From: Parasitella parasitica NRRL 2501
Lineage: Eukaryota > Fungi > Mucoromycota
Assembly: GCA_025201805.1 (NCBI GenBank)
Contig: MU619355.1
Coordinates: 34,830 to 98,373, forward strand
Direction of reading: 5' to 3'
Length of the DNA: 63,544 nt
A program made the position numbers and the translations under genes. This document shows positions 50,301-63,544 of the stretch, one piece after another. The number at the start of each line of letters is the position of its first letter. Within the stretch, counting starts at the first letter, position 1. A model generated the notes under the pieces. The model was given only the letters and a program-made list of their open reading frames with translations. It searched no databases and had not been told where the DNA came from.

Positions 50301-50373
50301 AGAATTCACGATGATTCGATCGTTCGTTTGGAGGCGCAAGTTCAGAATTAGAAGAGTCAGTGTCTTTACTCAT
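47305..50373 (-). CDS. Intronless Sec7-domain protein with a split PH domain (atypical ARF-GEF-like)
   Basis: Sec7: IANFLFKTPDLNRRQLGYYL...GLRLDEALRILLTTFRLP...LIERFAKKW...MLFLNAE. PH N-half KDRYLFLFSDLLLICK and C-half KYTFSVETEEERIQWLETL. First ATG at 50373. Confidence 0.88.
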   Translation of the reverse strand: MSKDTDSSNSELAPPNERSNHREFSIYGKPDGFDLTRPNGRKNSTSSVGSSNGHSFTQRLIERGVAVPSSFSNWEKVRLPEDSFSPGSFDIDSHYGMSPFITPSFSTAAEIDSSLYKSLRHRYEKERVGSSCARLNTDDDEESVSPASATQGQKKKQRAEDSDIELSDEEDTTMTLEKLQLPLSQRSLRSRSPLSYPPTSNAPSSATRLKADGIFDLMKPQNYADMYEEAPKFSPSVERIKHLLTTAPPAPPAPPPSSSSPPPSLSLPLPSPPHPPQSLPKATKPLPDPPRQHLLHTPVFQVVNANTVKDRYLFLFSDLLLICKPIMDENIIVSSSSKRNSQEKNRYRFRPNEHSLFQVKNIVQLGQLTLHISKEDLYNASNSGPTTVDIGPNGRPILPPARKIHPIMASALRKFETNAKLGIEYLIDKGVLTNDPLSIANFLFKTPDLNRRQLGYYLSDLKNSDVYDAFLECFRLVGLRLDEALRILLTTFRLPSNWEALEYLIERFAKKWHDANQNVIKFHEDMVVKVVVAMLFLNAEFWYDATSERDVFWYARELKERQDRQAKRKMSVMDYQRPNTVQKPSTSATTASRPRQSVAVEPLHYIMSLRARGNSQPSLNDFLERWDYYDQYRLVPREFMEEMYKSIGEERLETGWDNKTGRRIQSTQDGGVGRPKTVSPSVQQGSQDVVITVTPHRLPTRLTKGLASNPITISIPAPDKGLQIKLRGQDLAFEPNVLDFSNSCIQTFTITGNTLGRTSLMFIKTGENAGNYVSPTLPRTKSVVVERPFMRYTFQIGFKHVDHDKDKKKMLIEEEEGTRKKEDDTNMKSVKKSRNATRRNRDEKEHDGDGDGDDEEAERPIMVNRKYTFSVETEEERIQWLETLKKLSGYVNEDRNEKSVSQLHSMSSEARVALQVLKEVLLADEVKKGTARTSSSKNTTASANGNALANSPSSEYEDKHGRAMRLLLPKKKEEDRNAVVTTTTTSTTANVVTKRGHEIVKLVVQNSMVPLVLGFLKSQIPS

Positions 50374-50683
50374 GTCGACAACAAAGAATAGGGAGGGTAT
50401 ATATATGAGGAAGAAGAAGAAGAAGAAAAAAAAAAAAACATATTGAATTGCAGATACGCTTATTTGGTCGCACAGAATTGCGCTGTTCCCTTGGGGTTTA
50501 TAAAGCCTACCGCTGCTTTTACAATTGATTTTCAAGCACGGCCTAATGATGATTGCTCCTGGGGGTTTATTGAAGAAAGCTAAATGGTTACAGATAAAAA
50601 GTAAATGAACAAAAAATGGGTGTTTTCGGTTATGGTAAAACTACACAAAAAAAAACAAAAAAAGATCATAAAGATCTTGGGAA

Positions 50684-53600
50684 TTAAAGGGAATCCATAC
50701 GTTGGGGTTTCTGCTTTTCATTCAGATTCACCAAAGCAATCAGCTTTTGGACATTTTGCAAGTTTAACTAGAAGAAAAAGTCAATATCGATCACTAGTTG
50801 TCAACACAATTAACGTTGACTTACATAACTGGGAATATAAGAACTGGCGACAACATTATGTGGTTCGGGCTGGTCATAGTCACTGTCTTCTATGGACACA
50901 TTGTCTAGCAGTAAAATATCTCCTGTGTCGCTGCTACTGACGCGAGATGCAACAGCTCTCAGAATTTCGTTGCTGATAGGATCCTAAACCATCAAATGTG
51001 GATCAGCTCCCAAGCATCATTCATAATACGGTGCAAAAAAAAAAAAAAAAAAAAAAATACAAACCTCGTAGTCTGCAACACAGTAATTTTGAATCAACTT
51101 TTGGACTTGAGTGGGAGCAAGGAACCAGCAGACGTCGTAAATGATCTTGATGTCCTCCAAGGTTGCCTTCTTTAGTTGCAACAGTTTGGTGGCCTGCATC
51201 AAGTGTTCCAATTGATTCGTTGCTTCAGACACCTCGTGGGCCTTGCACCATTCCTCCAGGCGTGTAATGTTGTATTGGATTTGCATGGCTCTCTTCCACG
51301 AGTTAAAGTTGCGTCTCATGACCAGATCGTTAAAGGTAGTGATGCCAATTAGCTTGAGCAACTCTGTCAAGACTTGCTCGACGACGTACGGTTCGACATA
51401 GTAGGACTTCATGGTGCGGTAGATTCGGTTCAGGTAGTTGAGAAGATCGTCCATGGAATAAGCGGGCTGGTTATTGTTTGTAAGCAGCTTGCCAAAGAAT
51501 CGATTAGAATCGCTTGCAATGAATCCAGGCAAAGACTGGTTCTCAATGACAGCTGGGATGGCCATTTTGTTCAGCTTCTTCTTGAGCTCCGATAGCCAGT
51601 GGTGGTAAATGTTGTCTTCCAAGCATTGCAGCTCAAACTTCATGGTCGAAACCAGCTTTTCAAAATCATGCCATCCTACAGCACGACGACCATGGATAGA
51701 GTTGTAATGCATTTCTCTTTCAAGCTCTTGTTCGACAGAGTAAATCAACGACAGCAGCTCGTGAGTGTTTGAGAGCCAATACGAGCAAGGCACGATGGTA
51801 TCTTCGCCTGTGAATGATAGACAATCCTTTTGGATAGTGTCCATGGCTCTAAAAAGCAATCTTTCCGATTCTGCCAAGTAGCCAAGACGCCACATCTGTG
51901 TCACTACTTTGCTGATAATGTGAACAGGGAACACCACCTCTTCACGAGCAGGCAACTTTTGCAGTTCGGGCGGGACAATCTTGAGCGTCTGGATCAAACC
52001 TTCAATGATTTCTTCTTCTAGACCCTCACTGTCTTGTAAAAGAGCGTTGATCGCGTCTTCAGGGTTGCCGACCTTTTCAGCGTCAAGACTACCGCGTTGT
52101 CCGATTTCTTTAGGCACCATTTGCTCAGGCTCGGCGTAAATTACTTTGGTAGCAGGGCCACCAGTGGGTTCGAATCTTCTGTCTACACTGCTGTTACGAC
52201 GCACAGCCAAAGAGCTTGGGGAGCGTCCACGAGGATCAGCGCTTGGTGAGCGATTGCGGTTGTAATCGGGGGAAATTCCGCGACGATCGCCACGCTGAGG
52301 AGAGAGAGTGCGATAAGTGTTGATAGATGCTTGACGCTTAGGGTGGTTTTTAAGAGATTGAGAAAGCTGCGCCTTTAGGGCTACGATTTGGCTCTTGAGT
52401 TCAGCTACATCCTCGTCGCCAGCCACAAAAGAGGTACCAGCAGGACTAACAGGAGATCTTGATCGCTGCTGCTGATTTTGAGCTTGTTTCAACTTTGCAA
52501 TTTCATCCTTATGGTGCTGCAGCTCTTCGCTCAAACGAGCAATTTCCACATCCTGCTTTTTGATGCGCTCCAAAGAATTTTTGTAGTCAGTCTGAATACC
52601 ACTGCGTTCAACTTGCAAACTCTCGAGTTGGCGCTCAAGCTCTGAAGTGTCGGCGGATTGCTCCAATGACTTGGCCTTCTCACCCAGCTTTTCGTATTTA
52701 TCGCTCCACTCTTTAACCTGCATCTCGAGAGCATCCGCCTTGAGACGAAGCTGATCTTTCTCGTCTTTGTACTGAGTGACGCTCTGCGTTAATTCGACTA
52801 CCTTGCTTTCGAGCTTGTAAGAGACTTCCTTGAAATGGTTTGCAGAACGGGCGTCTTGCTTGAGCAGCAAGAGCTGTTTGCGAGCCAAGCGACGACGCAC
52901 ACAGGCTTGGACTCGAGTAGCCATTTGGCGTTTAGCCAGGAACTCTTTACGTACACGCCATCCACGAACCAGGCTTTGGATCTTGATTGCAGCGAAATGT
53001 TCTTGAATATGGGCAAACTTTTTGCGAGACAAGTAAGTTCTGCAAGCAGCCTGCATGTGAACGACAAAGGCTTGTTGTCGCAGGTAGCGTTTGCGTTGAA
53101 TGTAGCGACGCCATTCGGTTTGAATCTTAAGGGCGGCAATGTTCTGGCGAGCCAGTACTAGGTTTCTGGCGCCCATCTTCTGTCTAGCCACGCGCTGCAG
53201 TCTTGAAATCAGATCCAATTTGCGCAGATAGCCGATGCGAACGATAAAACGACGCATGTTCTTTTGCAACAAGATGGTGCATTCGTCCCAGCGATCTCGT
53301 CTGCACTTTTCCAGATAGGCAAGCTGTCCTGCGCGGAAAAAGATCTTGGTCAAGCCAATCTGGTACTTGTCAGAGTCTTTAATGTATTTTTCCAAAATAA
53401 CGTGGCACAGCTTGTTGATGTCTGGCGAAAGATTAGGATCCCAGTACTGCGATTTGACAAGCGCATAGAATCTGTCGGCAAAGTCTTCAAACGTCCATCG
53501 AGACGGATATCCGGCACAACTAATACGGATGGTTTCCAGCACACCACAAGCACGCAGCTGAGACAAGACCATATTTGGCTCGAATCCCCATGCCACCTTT

Positions 53601-55979
53601 GCCTCGTTAGGCTTGATACAACGAATATAGTGCACGTTGGTTTGGCTAATAGTGTCCATCAAGCTGATCAACGACAGTTTGAAAATAGAGCCCAATGTAG
53701 GCTTTTTAGCAATGGCCATGCCAACCTTTTTGGCTGGGGTTGGCTATTTCGCAACAAGTTAATATCAGAGTAGGTCTCAACGTGCTGGAATCATTTATAC
53801 GTGTACCTTTGCTTCTTGGCTTGCAGTAGAAGCAGCGGCGGTGGCTGTCTGAAGCATATCCACAAGGAATGCAGACTCTGCATTTTGCAAAAGCGTCAAA
53901 AGTTCATCGGGCACCGTGTCTTTGTTTTTGTCAATGAAGCCTTCGGCATCGTATTCTACTTCATGGGCATAGTGAACAACAGTGAAAGCACTGTTCGAGA
54001 AGCGAGGCTTTTTAAAGTAATCCTTGTATTTTGAGTCCCCAAAGTTAGAGTAAAGCTTGTTGATGAATCCCTGATCTGTGCCTGAAGGCAATCTTGATTC
54101 CTCGTCCAACAATGACAAGATGCCCAGCTTTGATTCAATCACTTCAATGCACATTTGATTATCGCTGAAATCAATGAATTTCCAGTCAATCTTTTCCTTG
54201 ACGTATTCTTCTTGTTCCAGTTTGAAAACGTGTTGATTGAATTGCTGCTGCAGCTTTTCATTGGCATAGTTGATGCAAAACTGTTCAAAAGAGTTCTTTT
54301 TAAAGTGCTCGAAGCCGTAAATATCCAGTACACCGATGAATGCGCGCACGAGTCCCTCTTCCTGACATGACAAACTGTCATTGACTACTTTGACCAGCCA
54401 ATCGAACAAACTAGCATAGATGTATTTTGCAACAGAGTCTCTGACAACAGTCGCTTGAGTAGGGTTCAAATTCTTGACAATCTTTTCATTTCTAGTGATG
54501 ATTTGTTTTTTGAGCAGCCATTTTTTGAATTCTGATGTTTTGATGCCCAGTAACTTTGTGGCTGTGACCAATGCAGGCTGATCTTCGCTAAGAGTAGCAT
54601 CTTGTCGTCCGCCAATTTCGATATTACCAATGTGAAGCAAGGCAGCCAATAGTTTGAAAATCTGCCATTGCGCTTCAACAGAAATGCCGACCAAGGATAG
54701 CGATTTTTGTGTCAATTCAAATTCTGCTGCATCGTCCACGCCAGGGATAGATCCTTCGCCACCTTGATTGAGATAGTGAAATTTACTCCAATCGCTCAAT
54801 TCCAAATTCTTGCGCTCATTGGGCGGGGCGCCTGTACACAGCTAGACAAAGGAGGTTATTGGCCACATACCTTTTTGGTCCATATCAAAAAATCATTACC
54901 TGGTAAAAGACGTGGTAATTTCTTTCGCTTTCGGGCTGGAAAATCAACCTTGATCTTTCCAAGAGGTAGGTTCTGATCTTGGCGCCCACAATATTGCAGC
55001 GATTATCAAATTGGATCTCAATGTATTTGCCGAATCTTGAGCTGTTGTTGTTTCTTGTAGTCTTTGCATTACCAAAAGCTTCCATGATTGGATTTGTGGC
55101 TAAAAAAATAAAATAAAAAAATAACACGTCAGTACAAATGTTGGACGATTCGGCTTGGAGGATATCCAACATACCCATAATTTGCTCTTCCACTTCGGTC
55201 ATCCCCTGGGATACATTTTTTGTTTTTCCAGATTCCTGGTCATCAGCTGTTGCAAAATATCTCATGATATGGGTAGCAGACACAGTTTTACCAGCACCAC
55301 TTTCGCCAGAAACAACCACTGTCTGATTCGATTTCTCTCTCACCATGCATCTGTAAGCATCTTCTGCGATGGCAAACAAATGTGGCTCTAGCTCGCCACG
55401 TCTTCTGCCAGAATACTGCTGAATAATATCAGGTTCATATAAGGGCACCTTGGCAAATGGATTTGCTGCGATCAGGACAATACCAGAATAAGTGTAAATA
55501 TTGCGTTGGAAATAGCGTGCTCGAATTGTATTTAAAACTTTATGAAAATAAATAAATAAATAAAAAAAAGGTACCAGGTTTCAGTAAAGGCATTTGTGGA
55601 GATTGTTCCTAAATTACCTGAAGGCTCGTTCAAATAACTGAGATTAGTCAAATCTTCAGTGTTCTCTATTTTTGGTGGGTTGCGAAGTGGCGGTAGATTG
55701 GCGCCCTTTTGCTTCTCGAGTAGCGCATAAGTAGATTCGAATGCATGTTGCTGTAATTTGAAGTTGTTTAAAACCTTAAAAATACGTCAAAATCAGACTT
55801 TAACTTACTCTTGTTTCGTCGTTGTCGTCTTGGAATATGATCTTGACGCCTGTTCCTGATTCCTCTTTTGTCAGAACAGAGGCTGACACCCAAGCCTCGT
55901 CGTCATCTTCAAACCAGGCTTTGGTGCCTTTAGTATATACTTGAACAGCTTGCGCAACTCCCGAAGATAAACTGTCCAT
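50684..55979 (-). CDS. MYO2: Class V myosin (motor, IQ motifs, coiled coil, DIL cargo domain), multi-exon
   Basis: [46 protein letters not shown] repeats and DIL domain ([12 protein letters not shown]...QATKLLQ). Confidence 0.95.
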
Positions 55980-56859
55980 ATGTAATCTTTATAGCTTGCT
56001 TTTGATTTGCAATAATTTATGAGAAAAAAAAAAAAAAAAAGTACAAGAGAAGAAGAGAAGAAAGAAGCCTAACAACATATTATTTTAAAGTCTTTTTTTC
56101 TTTATGTGATACAAGTGTTCCGAAACTGAATATATTACGGATTAGGCAACTCTAAATAAAGGGGATAAATACTCTCTTTTTATATGCGCCCATTGTTTTT
56201 TGAGCGTGTACTATACGCAAGCTTTTTTTTTTTTTTTTTTTATCATAACTATTAAAATAGCCCTCCATTGCTTGCTATTGGATCAAGTATCATTTTAGAA
56301 AAGCCCAATCTGCAAACATCTTTACCTAATCTTAATAATTTCAAAGCGTGGAGAAAGTTGAATGAAATATAAAAAATGATGTCAATGTTTACTTGGACCG
56401 TTCAAAGAGTGTAAAAGGCACAATTGCATCGATTATGGGTTAGTATTCATAATATCTTTTACCGTACAACGGACAAGAAAATACTCTAGAAATGACAATT
56501 AGTGGCTTGAAAAGTAGGTCGACTTTCCAATCATCTGACCAGTTTTACGTCTCAATCTCAAGGATGCAACCTTATAATCAGATTCATCATATTTATCGAT
56601 GCAGTGAGCAGTAGCTAAAGTTATCACATGAATCTCAGTTACGAAAATATCTGATAAAGAAGATTTTGCAGAATAAAACTTCAAGTAGTTCCAACAGTCG
56701 ATAATAAAATTCGTAACAATCACAAATTTGAGTGATTCATTAGGCTGAATTTATCTTGTACATTTATAAACAGGATCTTGGCACTATAGACATAGAGAGT
56801 CTACTGCATAAAAAAAAGGGTCTTTATTGTACAAAATGATGGAGGAAAAGTTTTTAGAT

Positions 56860-58229
<1,370 letters not shown>

Positions 58230-59745
58230 TTTAAGTTTTAGTATCTTTACAAAGAGAAGACGGGTGGGGAATCGTGTTATTTATTAGCATAACATCGGCA
58301 ATCTAAACAAAGAAGGTTTGCGGTCACCAAAGCAGAGAGATGAGATGATCGCATCCATTTAAGGCAACTTGTTCTTGATTCGATTATCATCCATCTGTCT
58401 TTTTTTGTCGTCTGAGAAGCTCTCTCTCTTTTTCCATGTAATGGAGAAAATAAATAATTTGTCGAATTGCTTTATTGCTGCATTATATTTATCAAGGCCC
58501 AATTACCCTGCTCGAGTGTTCACGCAGCGTATAGAAGGAGGAATGCGGTCAATGTCCATAATTTTACATAATTTGACATGGTTTACTGCACCCAATTCGC
58601 TGCTTGCTTTTCCCAAATGGCGGGTGTCATTAGATCAGGGTTTGATTGGCAATTATCTATCACATTGATGAAATTTTAAAATGAGTGCATTTTGCAATAA
58701 GCTTGGATTCGAGACTGTCCCTACGGTCGACTTGCTTCAGAAACAGGTACACTTGGAACATTGAGTTGTTTGAGTCGAGACTTTTTTTCTTTTTTTTTGT
58801 GTATATTAAACATGAACCAGACTGTGGTACGCAATGTGTTTCTGTTTGATGTAGAGTCTCAGGCTCTTTGTCCTTGTCAACACACCGTCGTCCTACTGTC
58901 TCTAAACGCATTGCAGCTTTGATCTACACTCACCAATTGTTCTTTTAACCCTACTTTTTGCAATTGCTGAGATAGCAGTTCTCGTCTTCCGATAGATCCC
59001 TCTCTCCACTCATCTGTAAACCCATTTTACTGGAGCCAGCTCACGGTGGTCATTGCTCGGGTTCGTTTGTGGGAGGTTTCCATTACTTTCTTTTTGCTCG
59101 TCCACCAAAACTGCAAGTTTGCCCGGCCATTTATCAAACATACCTCTCCTCTTTCTCTCTTTCTCTCTGACTTTAATCTCTCTGACTCTAATCTCTTGGA
59201 GCAATTATTAACCATCTTGACATGCACTTTCACTCGTGGTAGTTCGCTTCCTTGTTCACTCTTCTCCACGGATCAAATCTTTAATTGTCCCTAATTGACA
59301 GGTTGGCAAGCTCATTGGCGCATTGTTTTCGACAAACATCCCGTTTCTTCCTCAATCAGTTATTTATTACTTTGTACTGACTTGTTATACTATGCTCTTT
59401 GTATCTTTTTCCTCTCTTTCACCATTATTTTTTATTATTTGTATTCAAGAATTAAATATCTGAACTCATATCGCTAGATTCAACAATACCAAAATATTTG
59501 TTGCAGTATCTTTTGTGTACATTGGGAGAAATTGCACTCTAGAGAATGGGAAATGCAGCTTCATGCCGTCATTAGTCCTATCCAATCATTTGTCAAGTTA
59601 TGGATGGAAAAGCTGCATTTCTCGAATGAGGTGCATCCAGCAAAACTTGCCCATTTTTCATATGCCGGCCAAGAAATACTCTCTAGCACATTTTATCCTT
59701 GTGTGTACTTTTGAATTCTCTTTCTCTCTTATTGCTGCTATCTGA

Positions 59746-62078
<2,333 letters not shown>

Positions 62079-62144
62079 TTGTTTTCCTGTTTAGTAATAA
62101 TAATCTTAATAAATATTTTAAATATATAAACAATTCCCTAGATA

Positions 62145-63394
62145 TCACTCCCCTTGAGAAGCCGTAGTTAATTGGGAGTTCAATAAATCTTCAGCCATGT
62201 CATCATCTTCCTCGTTATCCGCTTTTCGCATTGACAAAGGGTCGTCAAATGTAATCCCCTCAAACGGCTCATCCTCCCCCTTTTTGCTGTCAGCGTTCTT
62301 CCTGTCCTTCTTGGCCTTATAATAAACCATGCTACCATACTCTTCACTTTCCTTCATAATTTGTTTGGCTTCTTGCAGGTCAATCTTGTTGTCACGGTCT
62401 TGTCGAATCAAGCGAAGTCCTGTTTCAGGGACCAAAATTTGTTGGATGAATTCTACAGGTGTCAAAGGTTTGACATTGTTGAAATCAATAATCGATGTCT
62501 CTAAATATTGTCCAAACAGTGTTTGCATGATGGCATCGGATCCCTTGACACCATAGTATCCAGGCTATTGCAGTATGTAATTAGCCGGACCTCCGCTTTC
62601 ATAATAGTTTGCACCTACCTTAAAATCCTCAAAAACAACAAGAAGCTCTTTTGTACTTCTTGCCTTCACTCCTAATTTTTCAAAACGACTGTAGGCAGCA
62701 TCTAAATAAGTACTGGGCACTCTGCGCTCGATAATTCCCAAAATTTCATCTTGAAACAGAGTTATTCTGTCGGCAATGGCATCAAAATCAATATGCTCTG
62801 GGTAGCCCTTTTTTCTGCCCAGAGGTTTAAATACCAATTCAATCTGATGTGTTCTACAAACAAGTCTTTTGTCATTTGCGGATATGCCAGCAGTCTTGAC
62901 TATAAAAGGCATTATAAACATATTGTTCTTTTTGCATTCCATCGCTTCTAATTCGTATTCTTTAAGCTGTTCCTTTTCGTACTGGATTTGATTTTTCTCA
63001 AGTTTCTTGATAAGACGATTCAACTTGTGAGGATAAGGAGGAAAGATTGTATCTCCACAAAATGGGCAATCAAACCCTACATGCAGCGAAATGAGTGAAT
63101 CATCAAGGCAAACGACACGTTTGAGATTTGAAATTGCATACCCTTTTTTTGAGATACCTTTCCTGCCTTTACCTCTTGGATTGTTTCTTCTGAAATAGCG
63201 TCTTTTTCTTCTGTCCTTTCTTCTTTTTTGGGCGGTTTTCTTTTTGGTAAAACTAATTTTCTACCGCGAGCACTTTCGATAGTAAGCTGCTCATTATTAT
63301 CAGCAGGATGTGAGTCTTTGGCGTTGGTTGGCTTTTTTTTCTTTGCACTCGATGATGGGGTGTTTCTCAAAGATCTTTTTCTCGTCTTTTCCAT
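62145..63394 (-). CDS. RTC4-like domain protein; 3 exons
   Basis: CPFC...CRTH Zn motif, GYPEHIDF, PGYYGVKG, EFIQQILVPETGLRLIRQD and ESEEYG. Confidence 0.8.
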
Positions 63395-63544
63395 AGTTCC
63401 TCTTCTCTATGCAATGCTGGAGAAATTGGTGAACAAAACAGCAACTGGCTGCTACAAAAACTAATGAAGTTGCTTAATTCGTGTTGCACAGCAGTCATCA
63501 TAGTGCGGTATGCAATAAAAGTTTTCACGTTAGCTTAAATGCAA

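Noticed and set aside
50374-50535. Hydrophobic poly-F N-terminal extension of the 1076-aa ORF
   Set aside because: It starts at a non-ATG codon and derives from a T-rich promoter/5' UTR; the first ATG is at 50373.
47324-55391. Many 60-180 aa ORFs antisense to the Sec7 and myosin genes
   Set aside because: Expected shadows of long, moderately GC-rich coding sequence; no motifs.
56648-56658. Single ATCTGATAA between MYO2 and LYS12
   Set aside because: An isolated match in AT-rich DNA, not next to an evident iron gene; compatible with chance.

Overview
Eukaryotic, gene-dense, AT-rich fungal DNA with short GT-AG introns (about 45-70 nt), poly-A/T-flanked assembly gaps and poly-Q microsatellites. 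The gene set and intron style suggest an early-diverging fungus, probably Mucorales (inference). I can support about 21 protein-coding genes: a bHLH-Zip factor, a SIM/UBZ protein, a 7-TM protein, a PLD6/Zucchini-like nuclease, a GPI protein, a ferric reductase, an REase-like protein, RCM1, an aquaglyceroporin, a WW protein, SPT8, TFA1, PalA/RIM20, a Myb+C2H2 factor, a carboxylesterase, a Sec7/PH protein, myosin V, LYS12, a truncated USP7/UBP15, an RTC4-like protein and a few hypotheticals. There is also a nested transposon graveyard at about 14.9-19.6 kb (two Tc1/IS630-like relics and a DIRS-like element carrying an adenine-MTase domain) and a DUF6729-like relic at about 3 kb. The most interesting signals are: a fungal Zucchini/Nuc-type single-HKD nuclease with a bacterial-like N-terminal domain and a long hairpin upstream; a Sec7 domain lacking the glutamate finger inserted inside a split PH domain; a USP7 paralogue that has lost its UBL tail and ends in a CaaX box; a Bas1-like Myb/Sfp1-like zinc-finger fusion; four ATCWGATAA iron-GATA sites upstream of the reductase; and a possible dual-N-terminus aquaglyceroporin. 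No tRNA, rRNA or CRISPR array was found. Family assignments come from motif recognition by eye, not from database searches.
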